64,000 nt of DNA from an uncultured Desulfobacter sp. (GTDB lineage: Bacteria > Desulfobacterota > Desulfobacteria > Desulfobacterales > Desulfobacteraceae), in contig OY762069.1 in assembly GCA_963665095.1 (NCBI GenBank), forward strand, positions 5,408,001 through 5,472,000. The letters are read 5' to 3'. Position numbers and translations under genes: made by a program. Below the pieces are notes generated by a model. The model made no database searches. It was not told the origin of the DNA and was given only the letters and a program-made list of their open reading frames with translations. Shown one piece after another: positions 9,035 through 18,458 of the stretch (positions within the stretch are counted from its first letter, which is position 1; each line of letters starts with the position of its first letter).

Positions 9035-10450
9035 GTGAAAGAGCCGGTCCTGGAGTTTTCTGCCTGCTGCCGGGCCAATGGTATGCGTATTTCAACGGCA
9101 GAAGTGCTGGATTGCCTCTCCCAGCTCGATTCCCTGAATGCCTGTGATGAAAATCGGTTTCATACCATCCTGCGTGCCAATTTTGCCAAAAGCCGGCGGG
9201 ACCAGACAGAGTTTGAGCGTCTCTATACCCTTTTTTTCAAGGAGATGAAAAAACAGGGCCTGCCAGCGGTGTTGGACGGGGAAATTCCTGAGGAAGATGC
9301 CCCCCTGCCCGGCCAGGATCTGGCACAAATTATAGACGTTAGAGCACTGAAACAGGATTTGGGAACCACGGATCTGGACCATGCCCTGCTGGATATGCTC
9401 AATGGCGATCCCAAGGCCTTTATTGCTGTGGTCCGCCAGATCCATGACCAGGAAACAGAAGCCACCCAGGCTGTAAAATCAAACCTGGGCCAGCTCACCG
9501 GGCGACTTGAGGTAATGCTTTCCATCAATAAAATGCGCCAGAAGGTGGTTCAGTTTTTAGGCGGACCCGATGCCCCTGTGGACCCTTCAGAGCGCAGGCG
9601 CTTTGAGATGGTGGCTGAGCAGCGGTTTCAAAAGGCGTTGACATTTTTAAATGAGGATGTGCAGCCGGATAATGCCGGCCTGAAATCAGCCGGTCCCGGA
9701 GATCTGCGCTATCCTGGCCTGGGTCAGGTCCCTTTTTCCAATCTTACCCATAACGAGATCGTCCGGGTCCAGGAGGTGGTGGATGAGTGGGTCAGAAAGC
9801 TCAATGAAATATCAAGCTTAAGGTTCGCTGCTGCCAGAAAGGGCATGGTGGATGTTAAACGCACCATCCGCCGGTCAGGACGCTATCTCGGGGTCCCTGT
9901 GGAAATTGTGCGTAAAAATAAACCCCTGCGCAAGGGCAAGATTGTCACCCTGTGCGATGTGTCCGGTTCGGTCTGGTCCACAGCCCGGTTTATGCTCAAT
10001 GTCCTTTATTCCCTCCAGGTGTGCTTTGCCCGGGTAAAATCCTATATTTTCATTGAGAGGCCCCTGGAGGTGAGTGACTATTTCCTGAATCACGATGCCA
10101 ATGGGGCCGCAAAAAAAATCCTGCAGGACAAACGCATCAATTACAATGCCAGAACCGACTATGGACTGGTGTTTCAGGAGTTCCGGGATCACCATTTAGG
10201 GGACCTGGACAAAAAGACCACCCTGATTCTCATCGGCGACGGCCGTTCCAATTATCTCAACCCCAGGGAGCCCGTACTGGAAACATTGCGTGATCGCTGC
10301 CGGCGGCTGGTCTGGCTTAACCCCGAGCAGGAGCGGTTCTGGGGCACCGGGGACTCTGAAATGCTGCGTTACCGGCACTATTGCAACGAGGCCCGGGCCT
10401 GCGGCAACCTCAACCAGCTCATTGATTTTATACAGGACCTGGTGCTGTAG
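9035..10450 (+). CDS. CoxE-like VWA-domain protein
   Basis: MIDAS DVSGS, TDYG, GDGRSN, WLNPE..WG.GDS.M; adjacent to MoxR. Confidence 0.85.
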   Translation: MKEPVLEFSACCRANGMRISTAEVLDCLSQLDSLNACDENRFHTILRANFAKSRRDQTEFERLYTLFFKEMKKQGLPAVLDGEIPEEDAPLPGQDLAQIIDVRALKQDLGTTDLDHALLDMLNGDPKAFIAVVRQIHDQETEATQAVKSNLGQLTGRLEVMLSINKMRQKVVQFLGGPDAPVDPSERRRFEMVAEQRFQKALTFLNEDVQPDNAGLKSAGPGDLRYPGLGQVPFSNLTHNEIVRVQEVVDEWVRKLNEISSLRFAAARKGMVDVKRTIRRSGRYLGVPVEIVRKNKPLRKGKIVTLCDVSGSVWSTARFMLNVLYSLQVCFARVKSYIFIERPLEVSDYFLNHDANGAAKKILQDKRINYNARTDYGLVFQEFRDHHLGDLDKKTTLILIGDGRSNYLNPREPVLETLRDRCRRLVWLNPEQERFWGTGDSEMLRYRHYCNEARACGNLNQLIDFIQDLVL

Positions 10451-10542
10451 CAAAGCTCCTGGGTGCATTTGCCTGCACGGTGGCCTGCAAATGGCCGCCA
10501 CAATTTACCGGCTTTTGAAAAAGAGAAGGGAAGATAATTACC

Positions 10543-11658
10543 ATGGAAGCCTCCTTTTTAAATCGTCTTGAATCCTTTGCCCAAAAATATATCCTGACCC
10601 GGCCGGATTTAGGAAAAACCAACCTGCTCCCTGAAGAGATTCGGACTGCCATGGGAGAACTGGGCCTGCTTGATCCCTGGATGCTGGCAGATCCGGGCCA
10701 GGGGCTATGCGGTGATGCGGCGGCTGGTGCCATGACGCTGGTTGAGGCTGGCGGGTGTTTAGGCCTCGCACTGTCCTGGATCGTTCACCACCTGGTGTCC
10801 AGGGCCCTTGTGTTTTCTTCTTTGGGTGGTGTGGTAGATGAGAAGATCAGAGCTGATATCCGTGCCGGAAAGTCAACCATCTGCTTTGCTGTGTCCGAAC
10901 CCGATGCCGGTGCACATCCCAAATATCTGACTGCCCGGGCCCGGGAAGAAACGGGTGGATTTGTACTGAACGGAAGAAAAGCCTTTTTGACCAACGGACC
11001 CATTGCAGGCCATTTTCTGGTGGTGGCCATTACCGGGCAGAACCAGAAGAGAAAAGAGTTTTCCGCATTCCTTGTTGGCCGGAATACTCCGGGGCTGAAG
11101 GTGGCGGAGCCCATGGAGATCCCTTTTTTTAAACCCTGTCCCCACGGGGAAATTTCCCTTGAAAACTGTATGGTGAGTAAACGTGCCCTGGTGGGCATCC
11201 AGGGAGATGCCTGGCCCGCCATGGTCCTTCCCTTCAGAAAGATGGAAGATGCTGTCATGACCGGACCGGTGGCAGGTGCCATGGCAGTGATGCTGGAAAG
11301 GGCTGCCGTACAGATGAAAGGTCTCGGCTCCCTTGGCCGGGATGAGATACAGGTTTTGGGTGCTCTTAAGGCCCAAGTGGATGCCGCGGGCTTTTTATCT
11401 CGCAGTATCGCCCGCATGGCAGACCAGCCCGATCTCCCGGAACACCGTATTATGGACAGCCTGATCATGCATTTCAGGCAAAGTGCGGCCCTGTTTCTGG
11501 CGCAGTTGAAAGCTGTTTGTCAAAAGACCGGTTGCCCACCGGTTCCGCCTGCCGATATTCTGGAAAGGGATCTTTCCATGTCCGGCAATATCTCCAAAAG
11601 AACCCGGGAGGCAAAACAGGAAAAAATGGGGACCCGGCTGCTCGTGGGCGATCTCTGA
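10543..11658 (+). CDS. Acyl-CoA dehydrogenase-family protein (divergent C-terminus)
   Basis: CFAVSEPDAG, LNGRKAFLTNG, SAFLV...PG, HGEISLENC. Confidence 0.8.
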   Translation: MEASFLNRLESFAQKYILTRPDLGKTNLLPEEIRTAMGELGLLDPWMLADPGQGLCGDAAAGAMTLVEAGGCLGLALSWIVHHLVSRALVFSSLGGVVDEKIRADIRAGKSTICFAVSEPDAGAHPKYLTARAREETGGFVLNGRKAFLTNGPIAGHFLVVAITGQNQKRKEFSAFLVGRNTPGLKVAEPMEIPFFKPCPHGEISLENCMVSKRALVGIQGDAWPAMVLPFRKMEDAVMTGPVAGAMAVMLERAAVQMKGLGSLGRDEIQVLGALKAQVDAAGFLSRSIARMADQPDLPEHRIMDSLIMHFRQSAALFLAQLKAVCQKTGCPPVPPADILERDLSMSGNISKRTREAKQEKMGTRLLVGDL

Positions 11659-11710
11659 TTCATCTGTTTAAGTGATTCCCTTTCAAAAAAGTTTGTGATA
11701 TTAAAAATGT

Positions 11711-12082
11711 ATGAGTAAAGATACCCCATTTATTATACGGTCAAAAGTCTGGATAGAAGACAGCACAGGCAAGGTGATTTTTGGTCTGGGTCGGTTTAAA
11801 ATCCTGTCTGCCATAGAGCAGTATGGCTCAATCAATGCTGCGGCAAAGGAACTTAAAATGGGATACCGGGCCATGTGGGGCAAGATAAAGGCCACTGAAG
11901 AGGGCCTGGGCAGGCCTTTGCTGATCCGGAATGCCGGGGGAACTTCCGGCGGCGGATCTACACTAACCCCTCTGGCCAGGAAACTGCTGGCGGAATTTAA
12001 AAACGTCCACTCCCATGTCCTGACCGAATCTGATGTGTTTTTTGAAAAAGTTTTTGAAAAAGAGATCAAAGATGAGATCTGA
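11711..12082 (+). CDS. modE: ModE-type winged-helix regulator (no molybdate-binding TOBE domain)
   Basis: GLGRFKILSAIEQYGSINAAAKELKMGYRAMWG...GGTSGGGSTLT. Confidence 0.8.
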   Translation: MSKDTPFIIRSKVWIEDSTGKVIFGLGRFKILSAIEQYGSINAAAKELKMGYRAMWGKIKATEEGLGRPLLIRNAGGTSGGGSTLTPLARKLLAEFKNVHSHVLTESDVFFEKVFEKEIKDEI

Positions 12083-12138
12083 TTAAGCTTGGGTCTTCAG
12101 ACAGGCGTTTAATCGCAAACCAAGGACAGCAGCAGCCA

Positions 12139-12717
12139 ATGCCAATTAAATTCTGCAGTCAGTGCGGCAGCACCATGATTCAGCAGACACCTGAAGATGA
12201 TGATCATATCCGGGCGGTCTGCAGTTCATGCGGCTATGTTCATTATGAAAATCCCAAAATGGTTGTGGGTACGATTCCGATTTTAAAAGACAGGATCCTT
12301 ATGTGTAAACGCAATATTGAACCACGCAAAGGATGCTGGACCCTTCCGGCCGGATACCTTGAAAACGGAGAGTCTGTTCAGCAGGGCGCGGTACGCGAAA
12401 CACTGGAGGAATCTTTGGCAGAGGTCAATATTCTCAGCCCTTACAGAATGTTTAATATTCTTTTTGTGGACCAGATCTACATGATGTTTATTGCTGAGCT
12501 GTTGTCGGACGATTTCGGCCCCACGCCGGAAAGCACGGATGTGCGTCTCTTTTCCGAAACAGAGATTCCATGGGATAATATCGCCTTTGAGGTGATCCGG
12601 CAGACACTGGAAGACTTTTTTCTGGATCGGAAAGGCAGTGGACCACAGACAAAAGACAATGGGTTTCCCTTTCGAATCAAGGATCTGGAATTTCACCCGG
12701 CAAAAGGGATTTCGTGA
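12139..12717 (+). CDS. Nudix hydrolase with N-terminal zinc ribbon
   Basis: CSQCG...CSSCG..HYENP; Nudix box GYLENGESVQQGAVRETLEES. Confidence 0.9.
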   Translation: MPIKFCSQCGSTMIQQTPEDDDHIRAVCSSCGYVHYENPKMVVGTIPILKDRILMCKRNIEPRKGCWTLPAGYLENGESVQQGAVRETLEESLAEVNILSPYRMFNILFVDQIYMMFIAELLSDDFGPTPESTDVRLFSETEIPWDNIAFEVIRQTLEDFFLDRKGSGPQTKDNGFPFRIKDLEFHPAKGIS

Positions 12718-12726
12718 AATAAGGCC

Positions 12727-12751
12727 GCCTGCCTCATTTCAGGAGGCAGGC
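12727..12751. terminator. Hairpin between convergent genes, possible terminator
   Basis: Perfect 9-bp inverted repeat GCCTGCCTC-N7-GAGGCAGGC; U-tract weak. Confidence 0.35.
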
Positions 12752-13639
12752 AGTAAACTCTTTAAAAAACTGCAGGTCAAATTTTCCTGCCAGAACCTCT
12801 TTTTTTATCAGATTCAATGTGTCAAACGGGGTTTTTGCCTTGCGGAATGCTTTGTTTCTGAACGTTAACGCCTCAAAGCTGTCAATGAACCCGATGATTT
12901 GACTCTGGCGGCAGATAATGTCAGTGCCTGAGGGGTAACCGCTCTTATCAAGCCGCTCATGGTGCTCCAGAGCCACATTTGCCACGGCAATATTAAAGTC
13001 CGTATGCATGATGATCATATCGTGGCCCAGCTCCGGGTGGGTTTTGTACTGTTCAAACTGCGCCTGGGTCAGCCGATCCTTTGATTCAAGAATATCGTGG
13101 TCTAAAAATACCGTTCCCAGATCGTGAAGCATGGCGCACAGCCCTAAAATCCGTGTTTCCTTTTCAGGAAAGCGGCGATAGAAACAATAGGCCATGGTCA
13201 GGGCCAGCACATTAATCGTGTGCTCCACGGTCATCACTTCTGAGCTCGCCTGTTCTTTCGCCAGTTCCTCCATGAATTTATGATCCCGGCCGGCCCCGCG
13301 TAAAAAAATATCAATGGTGTCATGCAGTGCGGGAGCTGCCTTTTCCTGTCTTGGCATCAGCACTTCATGCAGGATCTGGGCGAGCACGGTTTTTATCCGG
13401 AACAGATTTTGGGAGTCAAACTGTCTTTCCAGTTCAAAATTCAGCCCTTTTGTAATTTTTCCCAAAGCTTTATTCCTGTCTTCTTCAGGAATAAACAACT
13501 GGGGAAGTCCGTCGGTTTTGGACATGTCCCTTCCTTCGGGTTTAAACGAAGTGAAGGCACCTTCTTTTGACTGGCTGAAAAGAGGTACGGCTTTAAGAAA
13601 TTGTAAATTAGATGCTCTAACCTTAATATAATCCGTCAC
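12734..13639 (-). CDS. HD-GYP domain protein (putative cyclic-dinucleotide phosphodiesterase)
   Basis: EHTINV, LHDLG, HPELG, HHERLDKSGYP, DSFEALT. Confidence 0.85.
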   Translation of the reverse strand: MTDYIKVRASNLQFLKAVPLFSQSKEGAFTSFKPEGRDMSKTDGLPQLFIPEEDRNKALGKITKGLNFELERQFDSQNLFRIKTVLAQILHEVLMPRQEKAAPALHDTIDIFLRGAGRDHKFMEELAKEQASSEVMTVEHTINVLALTMAYCFYRRFPEKETRILGLCAMLHDLGTVFLDHDILESKDRLTQAQFEQYKTHPELGHDMIIMHTDFNIAVANVALEHHERLDKSGYPSGTDIICRQSQIIGFIDSFEALTFRNKAFRKAKTPFDTLNLIKKEVLAGKFDLQFFKEFTACLLK

Positions 13640-13706
13640 CAGATAAGCTCTTCCTGTTCATTAAAGGTTTGGGCTTTACCGTGAATCAGTATGAATGCCT
13701 AAAATT

Positions 13707-14525
13707 TTAAAGTATTTGATTCAGAATGTCAAACCGTTCAAACGGTGGCATGACACAGGCTCCTGAGAACTGTTCCCTTGCCAGATTCAGCATTTCTGAG
13801 GCATTCCTGATTCCTGGAATCAGAGCATCCGAAGCACTGGCCATCTCCTTGCGCAGCCCGCCAGGAACAGCGATGCCCGGCACTTTATCATGGAGGAAAT
13901 TGGCATGGGCCAGGGAAATCAGGGGCAGGATGCCCATGATAATTGGCACATGAATGTGCGCCAGGCCCTGTTTCAGCGCCATGGCGGTTTCCCCGTCGTA
14001 AACCGGCTGGGTGACGATGAATTGGCACCCGGCAGCCGCCTTTTTTTCAATGCGCCGGATTTCACCTGCCAGGCCGTTGGTCTCAGGTCTGAAATCAAGA
14101 ACGGCTCCTGTTTCAAGTCCTGTGTCTGCTGCCATGGCAATCAACTCGAAGACATTAAGATCGTTTACCGAAACGCCTCCATCCGCACTGTTTTTTCCTG
14201 AGGGGTCTCCGGTCAGGGCCAGAACCGTTTCAATGCCCAGTGCTTTTGCCCCCCATAACTCAGCCTGCAGTGCCAGCCGGTTGTGATCTCTGATTGTCAG
14301 ATGGAGAATGGCCGGCTTACCTGTATGCCGGGAAAGCAGACTGCAAAATGCCATGGCAGACATTTTAGGTTTTGCCACCGGATTGGACGCCACGCTGAAG
14401 GCATGAAAATCAAGGTCTGATAAACCGGCCAGTTTTTCAAGGAGAACCGCCGGATCGCTTCCGGCCGGCGGTACAACTTCAATGGTGATTCTAAACGGGC
14501 TGGTTTCAGATGGGTTAAACAGCAT
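13707..14525 (-). CDS. metF: Methylenetetrahydrofolate reductase
   Basis: EVVPP, HLTIRDHNR, LALTGDP, KK...G..F.VTQPVYD, GILP; RBS AAGGAG. Confidence 0.85.
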   Translation of the reverse strand: MLFNPSETSPFRITIEVVPPAGSDPAVLLEKLAGLSDLDFHAFSVASNPVAKPKMSAMAFCSLLSRHTGKPAILHLTIRDHNRLALQAELWGAKALGIETVLALTGDPSGKNSADGGVSVNDLNVFELIAMAADTGLETGAVLDFRPETNGLAGEIRRIEKKAAAGCQFIVTQPVYDGETAMALKQGLAHIHVPIIMGILPLISLAHANFLHDKVPGIAVPGGLRKEMASASDALIPGIRNASEMLNLAREQFSGACVMPPFERFDILNQIL

Positions 14526-14736
14526 GATCCATCTCCTTTACTGTAATGATAATAATTTCTTATAAAATAGTACATTATGCTGCATGGTCAAATTTATTTA
14601 TGGAAACAGGATATTGTCAGCGTCTTCAGGGATCGAATTCCGGTTTGATTTTTTGAGGGGATTTGATTAGTATCCTTTAAATCTTTTACATCTAGTGAGT
14701 CGGCTTAAATCGAGTAAATGGGAATACCAGGGTTTT

Positions 14737-16392
14737 ATGGAGAACCAGTTAAAAAAAACAGCGTGTTTGTTATGGGCTTTATTTGCCGTTCTATATGTTT
14801 TCAGGGGATCAGGCGCAATTGCCGGCGCATGGGAGCATCGTGCAAAAAAAGACAATGTCCTGCGCTATGCCCTGCATGCCTCCCGCATGGGCTGCCTGGA
14901 CCCTGACTACCAAAAGGGCTCCCAGGACCGTGTCTATGCGGATATGGTATTTAACAGCCTGTGGCGGTATCTGCCAGGGGATGCAGGTCATATGGCGCCG
15001 GACCTTGCCCTTGATATGCCGGAGTTCAGGATGGAAAACGGCCGACAGATATGGACGGTTCAGCTGCGGCCCAAAGTCTATTTTCACGAAAGCCCCTATT
15101 CCTGCGCACATGAACTGATGGCCCGGGATGTGGTTTATTCCCTTGAGAAGGCGAGCGATCCTGAAAGGAGCTCCTCCGCCGGTTATTTTACACCCATGGC
15201 ATTTAAAATCCTTGACAGTCATACCCTGGAAATTTCTCTGGACAAGTCCATCTCCCCATTGTTTTTTCTGGCCAGACTCTCCAACTGGCATGGTGGATAC
15301 ATTTTGAGCAGGCAGGCCATTGAAAAGGGTGGGTATGACAATTTCTGCCGGTATCCCGTAGGCACAGGACCGTTCAAGTTTAAATCCTACAAAGATGGTG
15401 AAAAACTAGTGCTTACAGCCAACCCTGATTACTTCAGAGGCAGGCCAAAACTTGACGGGGTGGAAATTTACTTTATGCCGGACACGGAAAAGAGAGAGCA
15501 GGCATTTCTTTCAGGAGAGATGGACATTATATATGGAACCGGAGAGCCGGGCTGGATTGAAAAAATGGAAAAAGAACCTGGCGTCCTTGTGGATATCCTG
15601 GGACCCGGGTCCACGGGGCTGTTTCATTTTAATACCGCCATGCCACCCCTGAATGATATCCGTGTCAGGCGGGCACTGGCGGCAGGCCTCGACCGTAAGG
15701 CCTTCATGGAGGCCACTTCACCAAAACTGGTTACTGAGTGCCAATCCCCTATGTCACCCGCATTTCTGCCCGGGGGACTGAGTAATGAACAGATCGGGCA
15801 ACTGGCAATCGGATCGGAATATAATCCACATGCCGCTGTTGAACGGCTTAAGCAGGCCGGATATCCCCAGGGGTTTGACCTGGATGTGGTGGTGTCAGAA
15901 AAAAGAGTTTACAAAGAAAATTATCTTGTATTGAAATATTTGCTTGAACAGATCAACGTCCGGCTTAATCTGAAAATCGTTTCCCATGCCCGGTACCATC
16001 AGTTGGTCAGGAAGGATGTAAATCCAATTGTGCTTTACTTTTCCTTCCGGCCCAATGCAGATATTTACCTGAGAGGTTTTTTCCATTCAGATTCCATTGT
16101 TGTGACCGGTAAAACCCCCCAGACCAATTTTTCCCACTATTCCGGGATTGACAAAATTCTTGACGATGCACTGGGGACTATCGAACCGTTGCGTCAGATT
16201 TCTATGTGGCAGCAGTCCCAGATCAAACTGCTCAATGATGTGGTGGTATTTCCCCTGTTTGATATCAACCAGCTGTATGTCCGCAGGGACTATGTGGATT
16301 ATCACCACCCCCTTCGTTCATCATTGTGCGATTATCCACAATTTACGGAGGAGACCCGGCTGCAAAAAATCAGGCCGATATCAATCCGCTGA
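14737..16392 (+). CDS. ABC transporter substrate-binding protein, family 5 (OppA/DppA-like)
   Basis: LDP, PDLA, LR..V.FH, A.DV.YS, PVGTGPFK, ANPDYF, D.RVRRAL, L..AGY..G; signal peptide from ATG 14737. Confidence 0.85.
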   Translation: MENQLKKTACLLWALFAVLYVFRGSGAIAGAWEHRAKKDNVLRYALHASRMGCLDPDYQKGSQDRVYADMVFNSLWRYLPGDAGHMAPDLALDMPEFRMENGRQIWTVQLRPKVYFHESPYSCAHELMARDVVYSLEKASDPERSSSAGYFTPMAFKILDSHTLEISLDKSISPLFFLARLSNWHGGYILSRQAIEKGGYDNFCRYPVGTGPFKFKSYKDGEKLVLTANPDYFRGRPKLDGVEIYFMPDTEKREQAFLSGEMDIIYGTGEPGWIEKMEKEPGVLVDILGPGSTGLFHFNTAMPPLNDIRVRRALAAGLDRKAFMEATSPKLVTECQSPMSPAFLPGGLSNEQIGQLAIGSEYNPHAAVERLKQAGYPQGFDLDVVVSEKRVYKENYLVLKYLLEQINVRLNLKIVSHARYHQLVRKDVNPIVLYFSFRPNADIYLRGFFHSDSIVVTGKTPQTNFSHYSGIDKILDDALGTIEPLRQISMWQQSQIKLLNDVVVFPLFDINQLYVRRDYVDYHHPLRSSLCDYPQFTEETRLQKIRPISIR

Positions 16393-16433
16393 TTGGGCTT
16401 GAAAAAGCCATATTTGTGCAAGGTTTCTGGTTT

Positions 16434-17357
16434 TTATGATTTGTCCGGAATATCCCAGCCCTCCGGGTTGTCATGAACTTTCCAGCGCTTATGAAACCAC
16501 CACCACTGATTTGGTGTCTCACGAATCCACGCCTCGGCGATCCTGTTGAGCCTTTCGGTATTGTGACGGATATTCTGGTCCCGATCCCGGGAAGGCGTTT
16601 CAAGAATAAATTCAGGAAACAGCCTGACCCGATGATGTCCGGTTTTTTCTGTGCGCTGAATAACACCCGGGATAATCGGAGCACCGGTTTCAAAAGCGAA
16701 ACGCGCCGGTGCCGGGGTCGTGGAGGCCCAGTTCCCGAAAAAGTCACAGACAATGGACCGGTATCGGCCAAGATGCTGGTCAATAACAATTGTTACGATT
16801 TTATTTTCGGACAGCAGCTCTTTGATATAATCTTTGGAGCCTTTTCGTGACACAATAATCACACCGGTATTCTGCCGGACAGAGGAGATGAAATCTTCGG
16901 CGGTTTTTCCCATTTTCCGGACTATGACGGATATGGGTGCGCCCCGCATGGCCATGGAACATCCGCCCAGATCAACATTATCAATATGGGTGGCAACAAG
17001 AATAACCCCTTTGCCTTTTGCCAGGGCCTTTTCCAAATTTTCCCAGCCGTCAATCCGGACCAGCTTTTTATTTTCTTCCAGGCTCATATGGGGAATCCGC
17101 ATCAACTCTATGAGATACATGCAGAAATTTGAAAATAGTTCTCTGATGGCCCGCTTCTGCTCTGCCAGGGAGAGTTCATCCCCAAGTGCCCGGTTGATAT
17201 TCTGCAAAGCCAGTTTCCGTCTTACCGGTATGCAGTAATACCAGATAAGTCCGAAGATCCGACCCAGATTTAGGGCCCAGGTCAGCGGAAGAAACGATAC
17301 CATTCGGCTGAATACGTATAACATGAAAAACCATCCTGATTGTGTTAGTCTGGCCAA
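16434..17357 (-). CDS. lpxL: Lipid A lauroyl/late acyltransferase (HtrB/LpxL family)
   Basis: HxxxxD motif THIDNVD, DQ, FFG, and P.QW.W.HKRWK. Confidence 0.8.
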   Translation of the reverse strand: MARLTQSGWFFMLYVFSRMVSFLPLTWALNLGRIFGLIWYYCIPVRRKLALQNINRALGDELSLAEQKRAIRELFSNFCMYLIELMRIPHMSLEENKKLVRIDGWENLEKALAKGKGVILVATHIDNVDLGGCSMAMRGAPISVIVRKMGKTAEDFISSVRQNTGVIIVSRKGSKDYIKELLSENKIVTIVIDQHLGRYRSIVCDFFGNWASTTPAPARFAFETGAPIIPGVIQRTEKTGHHRVRLFPEFILETPSRDRDQNIRHNTERLNRIAEAWIRETPNQWWWFHKRWKVHDNPEGWDIPDKS

Positions 17358-17605
17358 AAACCTTATCGTACAGGGATTTGCATGAATTGAAACTGTCTTT
17401 TATTACAGCCCGGCAAGTATAGGCTTAAAAGGGAGCGTTTTGCAAGGGAATCGGTAACAATTTGTTGGCGTGATCCTTTATCGGGTGCCTTGGCTATTGA
17501 TAGTTAAAATTTAAAAAATAATTATGACAGTTATCTGATCTTGGTGTCTATAAATGCGGACGCCATAATGGCCTTGGGAGCTGCATTACCATGCACAGGC
17601 AGGAA

Positions 17606-18388
17606 TCAGGTGGTGATGATCCTGTGGGGATGGGTAAATATGGCAAAGTTGCCGGGTCTGACAAATCCTGCCACAGTGATGCCTGACTCTTCGGCCAGAA
17701 GAATTGTTTTCTGGGTGGGTGCCCCCCGGGAAGCAAGAACCGGGATACCCATCCGGGCTGCCTTGTAAAGAATTTCCGATGAAATTCTGCCGGTTCCCAG
17801 GAGCACCAGATTGTCCGGCTGGATCTCTTTCATGATCAAGGTGCCGATTACCTTGTCCACGGCATTGTGGCGGCCGACATCATCAATGTGGAATTTCGGA
17901 ATGGCATTCGCTGCACTGACGGCGGCTGAATGTACCCCGCCGGTTTGCTGATGCAGATCTGAGCATTTAATCAGCCAGTCCATGGCATTGATCAGCTCCG
18001 GGGCACTGACCCCTGCATGGCATGCCGGCCCGGGACTGGCTTCTTTCAAGGATTCCGGAAGATACATAACCCCTTTGCCGAATCCCGGGGTAAACACTGG
18101 CCGGCCAGGTGCCCGGCTACCTGAAAAATCAGGCACCGTGACATCCACGACCCACTGCGCTTCATCCAGGTGCCAGGATGCGATATCCCGGGCATTCCGG
18201 ATGATGCCGGAGGTAAACAAAAAGCCGTACGTAAAGGCCTTAAGGTGGGAAGGGGTACACATCAGGGCCGCAATTTCATGGCCGTTTACCACAAAAGTCA
18301 GGGTTATTTCCACAGCCACCGGATTCTGTTCCCGGACAAGCTTGCCGTCCCTGTACCGGGTGATGGGGGTAGTAATTTGTTCTTTCAT
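17606..18388 (-). CDS. fdhD: Formate dehydrogenase accessory sulfurtransferase FdhD (usual loop Cys absent)
   Basis: VAVE......VNG......MCTP, TGGVHSAA, DDVGRHNAVDK.IG, GRISSE...K, GF.R. Confidence 0.9.
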   Translation of the reverse strand: MKEQITTPITRYRDGKLVREQNPVAVEITLTFVVNGHEIAALMCTPSHLKAFTYGFLFTSGIIRNARDIASWHLDEAQWVVDVTVPDFSGSRAPGRPVFTPGFGKGVMYLPESLKEASPGPACHAGVSAPELINAMDWLIKCSDLHQQTGGVHSAAVSAANAIPKFHIDDVGRHNAVDKVIGTLIMKEIQPDNLVLLGTGRISSEILYKAARMGIPVLASRGAPTQKTILLAEESGITVAGFVRPGNFAIFTHPHRIITT

Positions 18389-18458
18389 GGCGTTTGGTTC
18401 CCCTTTGTTATTTGCCTGGATTGTTAAAATAGCATCTCTATGGCAAATTCAGCAATTC

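Noticed and set aside
14526..14736. SAM riboswitch or Fur box upstream of metF
   Set aside because: No S-box core seen; TAATGATAATAATT is only a partial Fur-like match in AT-rich DNA
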